A stretch of DNA of 64,000 nucleotides from Trichosphaerium sp. ATCC 40318. Taxonomy: Eukaryota > Protista > Tubulinea. The stretch lies in NCBI GenBank assembly GCA_038496445.1, contig JALMLS010000488.1, positions 124,001-188,000 of the forward strand, written 5' to 3'. The translations under genes and the position numbers were made by a program. Under the pieces are notes generated by a model. The model was not told the origin of the DNA. It made no database searches and saw only the letters and a list, made by a program, of their open reading frames with translations. Positions 12,924 through 25,172 of the stretch are shown one piece after another (the stretch's first letter is position 1; the number at the start of each line of letters is the position of its first letter).

Positions 12924-15900
12924 ATGGAAGCCATTGGCAAGGAAACCGAAGAACTATTAAAGTCATACTTGACTACGACACTTGCTCCACTGTACGTCTT
13001 ATACAAATGGCATGAAAATTAGGCACTTTAGACGCAGTTTGAAAAGTCTCAGCTGATTCGTCTGTTCGTTGGCATAATTTACCGTTACACGCCTCATATT
13101 TACTTATACTATATAGAACTCAAGCAGAACCAAGTACCCTAGCCGATTATGTGATAGCTCTCCTAAAAGGAGATAAACCACGCCATCAATTAAAAGACGA
13201 ATGTATTGAACAACTGGAAGCGTTTCTACGCGATAGTACGTGTTTAAAGAGCTTTTGGGAGATAGTCTTCTCTGATCAACTTAATAGAAACAAAATGGTA
13301 TGTAGAGGAGTTATTCGCCGATATACTCGTTCACATGGATAAACCAAAGCTTTTACGTGAGAAATTAGAACAAGATATTGCGTCACTTAGCCAAAAAGAC
13401 CGTGATGAGGGCGTGGACGATGTAAGAGACCATCAAGGAGATCGTCAACAACAACATGATTCTCCACATGAACGTAGAGACAATAGAGAGCGTTCTCCTT
13501 ATGATGACAGCAGAAAACGTCGGGCATCACCTTCTTGGGATCGCGACGAACGTTATCGTCACAGAGAACGCCGTAGGCGTCTTGATGGGCCTGATTCCGA
13601 TAGGTACAATGACAGGTATGTTTTTTTTTGCTGTCAAGAATTCTCTGTTTTCGAAATTGTTTACAAGAAGAAAAATGCTAAATTTGAGCTTTGTAGAGCA
13701 CGTAATTATGAACCTCGGCGGAGGGATTCTGTAAGAGATAGTCATAGTATGAGAGGAAAAGATATGTCACGTGATTATCATGATAATCGGCGGCGAGGTG
13801 GAAGAGATAATGATCGAGGGCGAATGAGAAAACGTACGCATTTACAAAAAATGTCACATTTTTTTGAGTTTTTTATATTTTCTCTTTTAAAATGACTTTG
13901 ATTCTAGCCTATCGTAATAACTATGATCACAAAGACGGTGAATTACAATCTATACCAACAATGAATTTTTCTGATGACCACCAAGTACGTAGTAAATGAA
14001 AAGGTTTTTTTTTTAAAACACATCATCTAAATTAGTCTCTTTATTTAGAGTTGGAATGGTCCTCCAGGAAGATTTTCTTTTCCTCAAAATGACGCTGGAG
14101 AGACAATTACAGCCTTGGCACCTGCAAGTGGTAAGTATATTTAGTACAGAGAAGCAACTCTCGCGTTGTTTTCTTTGGTTTTTTTTTATGTCTGGATTTT
14201 TTAATAACAAATTGCTAGATTTTGATGGAGCTAATGGCAGATCATCATATAGGCCGCGAAGGGGAAGTCATCGCGATGGCTTTGGTAGAGGTCGTGGTAG
14301 AGGATATAGTGATAGAGGTAGAGGCAGAGGATATAACGATAGAGGTGGTAGAGATTATGCACCACGAAGAGGTGATTACACTTCACAACGCCGCGATAGG
14401 CGGCAACATCCTTACAAGAGGTGCGTACTATTGGGCTCTTTATAAATTTCTTTTTGGTCGGTTGAGCTTAATTCGCCTTGTAGGAGTGAAGATAATCGTA
14501 CGCTTACTATTGCGAGTATTCCAGAGGATTTATTAAGCGTTGAAAAGCTCAGTGCTCATTTTTCGACGTTTGGAAAATTAACAAATGTTCAGGTAATTTT
14601 ACTGATTTTCTTTATTGGTTTATCAACATTTTTATTTATTGGTTGCTATTTTAGATTATAAATCCAAAGTCTGGAAAAGCATTGGTTGAATTTAGTGATG
14701 TTAGTGAAGCGATATCAGCAAAACGATCTCCTGCTGCTGTTTGTGATAATAGATTCATCAAAGTGTTCTGGGCATCCGAACAAGATAAGAATCCAAAGGC
14801 ACGTGTAGAAGACAACGGCATCAGTGGCCTGTACTTGGCTGTAGCGCTATTTTTCGTTGCATTATGAGAGCAGCACGAAAACCACACACATAGCGCTAAT
14901 GGTGTAGTGGTATCATCTGCGCTTCCCATGCGTAGGACCCGGGTTCAATTCCCGGTTGGCGCACTAACTACCTTTTTGTTTCTTACTGTTGACGATCTAA
15001 AGAGCTAATGAAGTATTTTTAGCGTGCTGAAGAGAAAAAAGAAGACAAAGAACCAAAACAAAAAGTCATGACAAAACAAGAAATTGCGGTAAGTAACCAT
15101 CTTCTGTTTTTTTTTTCATCATTGTTGTACTGATTATAGTTTTTTTGAATAGGCTATGATCTTAGATAAACAAAAAGCACGTGCTGAGTTACAAAAAAAG
15201 CAAAGCGATTTTGTTGCAAAGAAGTTGGCTCATATGAAGAAACAACAAACAGTTCTAGGGCAATTAATAACTCTATCAAAGAAGGAAGGTATAAGCAACG
15301 AACAAAGAGCAGGTCTTCTAGAAAAAATAGAAAAAATCACAGCAGATTTGAAACAAGGCTTTGCAGACCCTGTGCTTCGCTCAGTTGAGCATAAGTCTAC
15401 ACCTAAAAAGACTTATCAAAGGAAGAAACCATTTATTGCCCATGAAGTAAAGAAGCAAAGCCATGAGACATCTACCTCTGACTTGAGTGTATCACAAGAA
15501 GTCGTTGAAAAAGAAAGACTTGATAAAGAATTAGAGTCAATCAAGAAAACCCAAGAGATTCAAAAGCTTGAGAAACAAGTACAAGAAGGTAATAGCTTAT
15601 AATTTAATCATCATTTTTTTTTAAATGCATGCTTCACGTGCCCAGAAGTTAATTTTTTTTTTTCAAATAGGTGAAGGCGAAGCAAAAGATTCTGACACTG
15701 TTTCTGCTTTACAACAAAAACTTGAGTCTTTGAGAAAAGAAGCTGCTCAGCTTGGTCTAGAAGACTCTGTTAGTGATTCTCTTGGTAGAGGAAGAGGTCG
15801 CGGACGCGGACGTGGCCGTGGACGTGGTCGTGGTAATTGGTGGGAACGAGGTCGTGGTAGAGGTCGTGGACGTGGACGTGGCCGAGGTAATTGGTGGCAA

Positions 15901-16556
15901 CGTGGCCGCGGTAGAGGCCGAGGTAGAGGTCGTGGTAGACCTAATTTTGCTGCTATGAGCGTTGATAATCGCCCTCATGAGTTTGTTGTTCGGTACGTTG
16001 CAATCTACAAAGTTCGTTCAAGATTGTATTTTAATGGTTTTTATTTGCAGAGGTCTTGGCTCTGAGTGGAACGAAGATTCGTTACGAACACATTTTCAAA
16101 ACTTTGGTACTGTCTCAAACATTACTATGAATGATGGTGGTGTCCTTGTGAAGATGGGGACACGGAAGAGCGCAGAGGTACATGAATATGCCAAGATAGT
16201 TTTGCAATCGAATATTAACTTTTTTTTGACATAGTATGCGATTTCTCATGGTAATAACTTGGGTGGAAAGTCACATAAATTCGAATGGTATAAGCGTCCT
16301 AAACCAACACAGTCTGGTACATCAAGCCCAAACTTGCGATCAAGCGACTCTAGCCGAGTGGTACGTTTAAGTTTGTGACATTTAATTCTTTTTTTTTTTT
16401 TTTTTGAACTGCGTTCAGTGTTGTGTTCTTTGTTTTTTGATTGTTTTGTAGGATGGTTCACTTTCAACATCTGGTCCTGTTGTAGAGGAGTTTTATCAAC
16501 CTTCAGGTGGTCGTGACTACGACTCAGATGAAGATGACGAGGAAGGAAGACGCTAA
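12924..16556 (+). CDS. RBM26/RBM27-like RNA-binding protein (PWI, RD/RS-rich region, RRMs, RGG)
   Basis: PWI-like AEPSTLADYVIALLKGDKP...CIEQLEAFL; RRM LSAHFSTFGKLTNVQ...KALVEFS...AVCDNRFIKVFW; VDNRP...LRTHFQNFG; RG repeats. Confidence 0.85.
14893..14963 (+). tRNA. trnG-CCC: tRNA-Gly(CCC), inside an intron of the RBM26-like gene
   Basis: Cloverleaf GCGCTAA TG GTGTAGTGGTATCAT C TGCGC TT CCC AT GCGTA GGAC CCGGG TTCAATT CCCGG TTGGCGC A; TTTTT about 10 nt downstream. Confidence 0.95.
15784..15939 (+). repeat. coding (RG)n tract with a duplicated RGNWW unit
   Basis: GRGRGRG...GNWWERGRG...GNWWQRGRG. Confidence 0.8.
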
Positions 16557-16936
16557 GGGGGAGACATGTGGTGTGGAGCATTTTTTAATTTTTTTTTTGG
16601 TTGAAATACCCAATGTTGTAATTGTATAGCCGTCACTAAGACGCGAGTTGTTTTTCAAAAAAAAAAAAAAAAAAAAAAAAAAGAGAGAAAACAGAACAAA
16701 AGAAAAAACAAAAAAAAGGTCAAAAAAAAAATAACAAAGACCAACTCTCAACAAACAGATCTCTTTAGATCTATACGCAAACCATGTTACTGGAAGCCTA
16801 TCTAATCATTTGTAAGTATTCAATCCGTTCAAGAATATTCACAAAGCCTGCATTGGAACTGTTTCGCAATTTGGTTTTTTATGGCTTAAGTTGCTATGTT
16901 TTAAGCCAGAGAAAAGTTAGGTTGATAGTTGAAGCA

Positions 16937-17662
16937 ATGAGTGAGACCAGTTACGCTATTATACAAGATACATGGGTTGATGAGGACGATCAAGAACTCT
17001 GGGACTATTGTAAAGATAACAACATTCCAACAAAGGCGCTGAGCGAAGGAGACATTTTAAAGCACGATTTCGTAGGGTGTCAAGTGTTATTCGCTGATAC
17101 TACCGTTATTCAACAACTGATTACCAAACCAGTGCCTGGAACGTATCCTGACAGTCTTAAAACATGTTATAGCAGGAAAATAGCGACGTCGAAGTTTAAG
17201 GACCTTGAACAGGTTCCAATGCCTTTCTTTGTAAAGCCCTTTGATAACGACAAGTCATTCGATGCTTCAATCATCAAAAAGAAGCAACACATCGAAGCAC
17301 TAAACGAAGAACTCGCCGATTCATTGAATCCAGAAGATCTTGTTTATGTCGCTGACCTTGTTCGATTTGTAAACGAATATAGAGTATTTGTAAGTGATGG
17401 AAAAGCTGCAGGTATACAGGAAGCGAGTTATCACCTCTTGGACCATAATATCATCAAATCTGTTGAACCTCCAAAATCATTCATTGATAAGGTTTTGCAA
17501 GCCAACACATTTCCTTTCTGTGTTATTGATGTTGGTATGCTTGATGATGGAAATTGGGCAGTAGTTGAAGTTAACCCACCTTTCGCATTATCAAGCTATG
17601 ACTGGCCTATTGAAAAGTACTTTAAATTCTGTCAAGACTCTTGGAACTACTACAAAAAATGA
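16937..17662 (+). CDS. intronless ATP-grasp protein (R2K-clade/DUF4343-like)
   Basis: TYPDSL..CYSRKI, PFFVKP...KSF, FVNEYRVFV, VIDVG...WAVVEVNPPFALSSY; single exon, likely start MSETS. Confidence 0.75.
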   Translation: MSETSYAIIQDTWVDEDDQELWDYCKDNNIPTKALSEGDILKHDFVGCQVLFADTTVIQQLITKPVPGTYPDSLKTCYSRKIATSKFKDLEQVPMPFFVKPFDNDKSFDASIIKKKQHIEALNEELADSLNPEDLVYVADLVRFVNEYRVFVSDGKAAGIQEASYHLLDHNIIKSVEPPKSFIDKVLQANTFPFCVIDVGMLDDGNWAVVEVNPPFALSSYDWPIEKYFKFCQDSWNYYKK

Positions 17663-18401
17663 TTAAAAAACCACCTAATTATTGTTGGGTTGGTTCGTTG
17701 GGCAACATCTTGATTTGAAATAAATTCTAGTATCTTGCTTGTTAAGAACTTGTAAAGCATGTGCTTGTGTGGGTTTTATAAGCAAATGTACAACAGAAAT
17801 GTCCACGTGTGATTTAAATAGTTGGAACCTTTTTGCTATTCATTCATAGCGATTTATTCAAAACAGTGTATTTGAGAAGAATACTTTAGATAAAACTCTC
17901 AATACTGTGTTGTGAGTTCAGAATACACTTATGTAAAAAATCACGTGTACTAATTGAAGGTCTAGCATTATCGCGTATGTGATGATATCTTCTCATAGCG
18001 ACTAAGTAAAGTCTGCACATACAGAAACGGACATAACACCATCCTCTTTATTAATCTTACATGCAACGTGTTGATAACAGAAAATGCTTTTAAGAGTGCA
18101 TTGATTGTATTTCTAAATACGTAATAAATTGTCAATTTTCCACCTTGTCTTTGCAATAAAAACCAGCAATGTACATTTGGCACTTTTGGTACAAAGAGCC
18201 TCAGTTCAGCAGAAGTATTACAGTGGGCTACCGTCTATGAACCCATGTACCTTTAGCTCACTCTCCGTTGGAGTGTTACCGCCAGGATCATAATTAATAC
18301 AATATTGGCTTGAACTCTGGATTGTATGTTTCTCGACACCACAGTGGCAAGTATACTCAGTTTCTTGCCAAGAGGCATTGAAAATATCCACGTCGTTTAT
18401 T

Positions 18402-21400
18402 TTATTTTTTGTCAAAATAGTATCTGATTTGTGGTACAATAGCAGGCTCATCCATGCTTGTGGCAATAACACCATCCATTACAATATACTCTTGTTGTGG
18501 TCCGATAGGACCAAACCACTGAGTGTATACATCTTGAATGAGAGTATCCTTACGTTTGTCTATGATCTCCTTCAACTCAGGAGTTGGAGGGAAATCCCAA
18601 AAGAGCGGTTTAAGATTCCTTCCTTGCTTGGCAAAAGCCAAAACCTAAAAAAAATTAAAAACAAGCTCATAATCAAAGACAACGCTCAAGATGTCTTTTT
18701 TTTTTCCTTTTTTGTTTTTCGAGTGTAGAATGATTGAAGCTTGCGTAAAATAACTACTTACCTCAACATTACATCCATGATGTATCTCAGGGAATGCATT
18801 AACGAATTGCTGTACAGTCAAGTTTCCTTTTTTGACAATAATCTTATCCCAACACGTGAATCTAAACGAAAAAAAAAAATGAGCAAAAAAGCCTTCTCGA
18901 TGAATTATTTCGTTTTTGACGACGTACCCATCTGGTACTGGTACCATTTCTGCTTGTTCTATTTCATTAAAGTAGCGTTTAGCACCAATAGGTTCAGCAG
19001 GTTCAAATAATTGAAAGTCTGTAGTTCCAAGGTTGACGTTTCCACAACAAAATTTTTCTCGCTTCAAACCAAGCAAGAGCTTGTAAAACTCAAGCTCTAC
19101 TAGTCCCTACAAAGCGAATAAGTTATAGTTATACACTTAAATATTATTGACGTACTGTTACCATTGCTGTAGTTGTTGCTACAGCAGGTATAATCCGACC
19201 TGCGATCATTTTACAGTTATGTCTTGAAGTTGGTTTTATCTGATAGTTGCTTGCTCTCATGTTTGCACATGAGGTCATAAAGTCGATATGGAAGTTTGTA
19301 TCATCGTCCTTTTCGAAAGATAGTATCTGAACAGGCTCTTTTTTATAGTAGTTGATAGCCATGAGACGTTTTTTGATTTCATTAATTTCTTCTTTTTCTT
19401 CCTTTTCAAGGTCTACTGCAATGGTTGATTTAGCCTTTTTCTTCTCCTCATCGGTCTTTCCTTCAGCCTAGAGTACATATTTAGTTATTTCTTATCCAAT
19501 TGAAGGTATAATATATCATAAAACATGTTGGTTTTTGTAAGAAAAAAGTAAGAATTTTTCTTGAAGTAAGTAAGGAATACGTACTTCTGCGACATCTTCT
19601 TGTAACTTTAATATTTCTCTCTTCTTTGGTACGAATTCAGGTACCTCAAACTTAATATTTGAAGCTAACTGCTTAAATGATTTCAAATCACGGACAGGAT
19701 CAATATTAAACAAGGTAGCATAAAGATTCGCTGTTGAAAAAATAAAAGATAATTGTTCGTCGTCATCAAGAGAAAGAAACTTTGCTGTAGGGAATCTCTT
19801 GGCGCCAGACCAAAATAATGTTTCTTCACCATTTTCACCATCTATAATAGATGAGTGTGTGAATAACCAATGTAGAAAATTGAAGCAAGAACAAAAAAAA
19901 AGAAGGTGAGAGGGACGACTGGGACTTGAACCCAGATTAACACGTCCCAAACGTGTGGTGCTGCCAGTTACACTATCATCCCTTGATGTGATTAAAACAC
20001 ATCATTGGGTATGTAGCAGGCAAAAGAAGCACAGCTTCATTCAAAAGGGATCATCAAAGAACAAAAACCAAAAAATCCAAAATGGAAATAATGAAAAGGT
20101 TTTTTTTAAAGTTACCTTTCTTTTTAGCATCCTTTGGATACGTATTCGTTAAGTTCAAAATACGATCTCTAAACTGTGATATAAAATAATCTACAGCAAG
20201 ATGAACACACTTTTCAAACGAGCGATCAAGTGCAACAGCAACAAGTGAGTCAATAATACGAAGTATATCAACTTGTTCTGATACCGTTTCTTTTCCTAGT
20301 TTCTGAAAGAATGCAATCTTATTCTATACAACAAAGTCATTAGAACAAAAGCTAAAAAGTATACTTGATAAAACTAAAAGAAAGATCTAAGAAAATTGTG
20401 AGAAACTAACTTACTTTGAATAAAAGATTAATATGTTTAGGTGGATCTTCAAACGATTCAGTAAACTGAGCTCTTGCCCATTCGATGCAATGCTCAATAC
20501 GATTTGGGAAGTTACGTAATGTACACATTGGAATACCATTGTCATCATTAGGATTATCCTTTGTTTCACTGTACGAAGGTGTTTCGTGTGGAATGATTAT
20601 CTGAAAAAGAAAAGTTAGACAATTTTTGAAAAAATGGTTTGAAGGGTACCTCCGAGTTTGCTTTTGTACCAAGAGTTCCAGACTCCAAAAGTGGTTTGGC
20701 ACATGATACACATTTAGAATCAGTGTATTTTCTAGCATCAATATTATCAAGTGCATTACACACGCCTACAAAGAGTTATACGGTTCAAACTACAATCAAA
20801 AAAAAAAAAAGAGAAGTATTTACCATCCAAGCTATTCCAAAATTGGTCGTGGAACACGTTCTCTGTATCAGGTCCTACAGCTGTTTCAAAAGCTTCAATA
20901 TTGATATCTGGATTCATTCTCTTTGCAGCATCAGTGGCTACAACAGATTTTGCTTTTCCAACATTCTCTGAAGTGTTGTTAGTTAAAACAGGCGAAAAGA
21001 ATTTCAAAACAAACTCCTCAAGGAGTTGGATATCTACATACCCTTTCTGAATAAGAATTGTCTGTTCAAGTTTGAAACTTCAATGTGATCCATGTCAGTA
21101 GCAAAAATCTTTCCACCGTCACTACCCAAACCCATCAAAGCAAAACCTATTCGAAAACTAGTTACTAAACTGTTTTATTAAATGAAAAATCGTACCTTTC
21201 AAATACTCGCATCCAAGAGCACCACAACCGACAATAAACCATTTCTGCGACGCTAAATAACAGTAAGAAGCTACTAAATAAGGTGCTTGAACAAAGTTCA
21301 CAACAGCAAGAAAGTTTGAAGTTGTACCAATTTTGTCTTGAAATGATTTTCCAAATACAGAAATTTGGTGATCGTAACGACAGCCAATTGGTTTTGCATC

Positions 21401-23465
21401 TGCAGGTACTTCTGTCCTCTCATTAAGAAGTTCAAAGTAATCAACATGAAGCCATTGATGTAAAGGCAAATATTTTCCAAAACGTTTGATAACTTCTTGT
21501 GCAACAACACCTCCAATGAAAGCGCCTTAAAAAATAAAGTTAGACAAAAACTAAAACAACATTCATACAAAATCCAGGGAGCTCGGCGTGAGCATATAGA
21601 GCTGTGTTGATGACAACTTGATCATCTATTTTCTCTACAGTGAGAGCAGTTTCTCCAGCTGCTTTATGCTCTTCCAAAATAGCTTGAGCATGAGTAACAC
21701 AAGCTAGAAGAAAACATCAATAACTGCAAGTAAAAACATACTGGACCTTTCGCGTCATCCATGTTATGAAGTCGAGGTAAGTGGCCTGCTACACTCTGGA
21801 AGCGCCAGAGTGCTAGCAATGCGAAGTGTAATTGATCACCACGCCCAGCGAACATTTTTTCCGCATGTGGGTGCTTCAAGAAAAACTCTGTTTTCGGGCT
21901 AACCATAGAAGCCTTTTGACAATTTATGTTAATGTTTTGTGACCCGTTTTGTAGTAATTACTCACCTTCAATCCCTTGAATTCCATACATTTAGGTTGCT
22001 TCATCTCTTTAGTAAAACCACCATCACCATTCAGAGACAAGTCCTTACAAAGTCAGTACAACAAGGCAAAGAAATTACAAAATATTACAAAATTTAAAAA
22101 AAATGCTTCAAAAAAGAATTACCTTGGCTTGTTCTGCAGTAACAACAATTTTGAATTGATTAGGAACTAGAATGTGACGTGCCTAAATAATGATAAGTAT
22201 CATTGCAGTGACAAGTATCATTGTAGTGACAAGTAAACATAAAAAGATAGAAAAAGTACTTGAACGTCTCCTCTTGCTGGTCTCTCATCATACACACGCT
22301 CTATAGTAAACTCAAGTCCATTTAATTGTGGTAGATTATTGACATCTTCAAATGTTATATGAGCGTCTTCATCGAAATTATGCTTGTCAGAAGTAGTTAC
22401 AAGGTATTCAACTTTTCCATCTTCTAATTTCGTTCCTTTCATTTGTTCGATTGCATTCACAACTTGAGGTTCTCCTATAAGCGCATGATGATAAGTAACA
22501 TGTTATAAACTAGGGGCTGCGATATTTCCATACCATCGACATCTTCGACTTTATGAATCGGTCCAAAATCAGCAAAGACACTGGCAGTTACACCGTTATT
22601 TTTGGCCCACAAGAACAAGATAGGAGCTGCTACTTTATCACGTTTTTGACCACTCTTTACAGCACTTGTGCGTGTACGACAGTATTCATTCCAAGCTATC
22701 AAATCTACAATTTCTTTAAAGACTGCACACGGAAGTTTTCACAAAAATACAAAAAAAAAGTCCAATATCTTTGATAGTTTTCTAACCTGCAAGAGGTGTA
22801 TCATCTGTTACTACAACTGCACCATATTTATCAAGTGTATCTGTTGTAATTGGCCCAGTATGAACGTCAACACTAAGAAAGCAACAAAGGGTTAGGAAAG
22901 AGAGCAAAAAAGACAAGAATTGTTTTCACTGATTTGAGCACGCACACAACGTAAGGGTTCAAGACAGCTAGTTTCTCAGCGCATACAGTTGATCTAATGT
23001 GTGCGTAAGAAAAGAGAAAACGAGCAATCGGTACAAATATTATGCGAACACTAATTTTACGCGTTATACTTACAATGGTGTTCCTACACTCTCTGGGGTT
23101 GTGAAGAAGTTAGTACCCAAATCAGCTATTTGAACTGGACTATCGTCGTGAACGGTTACGCCTTGTGGACCGGCTAAGATAAGATTCTTTGCTACTCCAA
23201 CGCCAATACCTTGTTTTTAAGCGGTTAAAATAAAACAATACATAGAGTCATACCTTTCAACCCAACAACAAGTACATTTAGTTTGGCGAGGTTTTTCATC
23301 GTCTTCAAGCCAAACGTGCCAATTTGACGGGAGTACAAATCCATCATCTTAAAAAGAGGATCAATAGGCAACAAACGCGATAGTACGTTCTAGTACGCGT
23401 TTTACCTTTGTTGCTTTATTTTCATCGAAATCATCCTGCGCCTGGCCTTGTGTTTCGCAAGACAT
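18402..23465 (-). CDS. UBA1: ubiquitin-activating enzyme E1 (UBA1)
   Basis: [59 protein letters not shown], catalytic [48 protein letters not shown]. Confidence 0.96.
19911..19982 (-). tRNA. trnP-TGG: tRNA-Pro(TGG), inside an intron of UBA1
   Basis: Minus strand GGGATGA TA GTGTAACTGGCAGCAC C ACACG TT TGG GA CGTGT TAAT CTGGG TTCAAGT CCCAG TCGTCCC T, followed by a T9 terminator. Confidence 0.93.
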
Positions 23466-23753
23466 ATTGGACTCTTCGGTACGCCTTTTGCGCTTAATTT
23501 TGAACTATTTGACACCAAAGAAGTGTACGAACAATACAAAGTAATAAAACGGTAAGCTTTCGCACCGTTTCGTAGCCTACAAATTGTAAAGCTTGTATTT
23601 CGCTTAATGAACCAAAATGCGTTGACTTATGTTTAACTGGTTTTTTTTTCTTTCTTTTACTAGTAATAGGGTGCAACTGTACAAACATCCACTAAAAATA
23701 AGCGCATGTAGCGTGGTTTTTCCACCTATCTACAATTTTCAGCATTACCCTAT

Positions 23754-24827
23754 TTACTGCTCTGCATACTCTCCATATTCCTCACCGTACTCCTCTCCGT
23801 ATTCTTCACCGTATTCTTCTCCATATTCCTCACCAGCGTACTCTTCATGGTAACCCGTCTGTGCGTATTCTTCGCCATACTCACCTTCTACAGGTTGCTG
23901 TTCATATTCTTCAGCATTATTATATGCTACTTCGCCTTGAGCATTTCCTTGTACGCCAACATGCACTTGTGGTTGTTGCATATTCTCTTGAGCGTATTCT
24001 TCACTATAAGCTTGAGGCACTTGTGCAGCAAACTCGCCTTGTGGTGCTACTTGCCCTTGCTCTCCTTCAAATTGACCGGCCATTTTTTGGCTATTGTCAT
24101 ACTCTGAATGTTGTGAATAATACCCACCATCTACTTCATCACTATAAATAAATCAACAACAAGAAACGAAAGTAGAACTTCAACGGATTTGCCCAAAAAT
24201 AAAACGACGGAAAAATTTTGAGTCATACTTGTCATAAGGTCCTCCTGTCACATTTGCGTCTACCTCCAGTGTAACTGGATTAACTTGTTTTAATGTTGGT
24301 GCAGCACGTGCAGGTGGTTCGTCTGCAGTAGCAGCTACACTAGGGTTTTGATTGGCTACACCTGGAGGAACAGGTGGACTTGGCATTGGTTGTACTGCTA
24401 ATCCCATTTGTGGATTAGCATTATTATTCTCTTGGCCAGGAGGTACTGGCGCTGGTGGCATAGCAGCAGTAGCAAGGTTGTTATCTGAACGGAAGAAAAA
24501 TGAGCGTCGGTACGTTACTACAAAGAAATGCATTACCTGCGGGTGGTGGAGGTTGTGTAGTAGGCGCTTGTAACGACTGCTGTTCATTTTGTGCACCACC
24601 AAGTCCTAAAGTCCCTTGCCACTCATCTGGAACGCCTCTAAACGCATTGTTTAGCGTCACAGCACGTATAAAAGATAAAATAAATAGACCTACCGCAAAT
24701 CAAAGTTTCCAGTTTCTTGGCTATGTCCAACGTGCGTTTTGTGCGTAAAACCAGACGGTCCTGACAGAGAAAAGTTCGACTCGTCGAACTTTTTGCGCTT
24801 CTTCTTACTACCAAATATCGCCCCCAT
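23754..24827 (-). CDS. CRIB/PBD-domain protein with Pro-rich linker and acidic EEYG-repeat tail
   Basis: MGAIFGSKKKRKK (myristoylation-like plus polybasic), LSGPSGFTHKTHVG (CRIB), PPPA/PPVPP tracts, (GEEY)n C-terminus. Confidence 0.75.
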
Positions 24828-25172
24828 GTTTTACGTACGCGTGAAACTACTTTGGACGAAATTACTGCCAGTAACCTAAAATAATTATAAACTGTTATCG
24901 ACGCTAAAGTAGCTATCTACCTATAATATTCAGCCAGTAACGGCCATCCAAGGGCTGGTAGTTATTTTATGCAATTGTCGTTAAGCGTCAATTAATTAAG
25001 CTGTAGTATTCGTGACTCAAATCAATGCCAACACTCACTAGTACAACCGTGTATAAGTAATATCGTAAACGGAGGAATTCAAATCCACAGTAAGATATTT
25101 CATACAGAAACAAAGGCGAGAATTCTTTTTTTTTATTACAACTTCGCTTACATACTGATTACAAAAAAAAAA

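Noticed and set aside
18218-18475. ORF overlapping the UBA1 3' end
   Set aside because: Different frame from UBA1, no recognisable motif; probably 3' UTR or decayed sequence
22195-22235. 18-bp tandem duplication in a UBA1 intron
   Set aside because: Simple local duplication without snoRNA boxes
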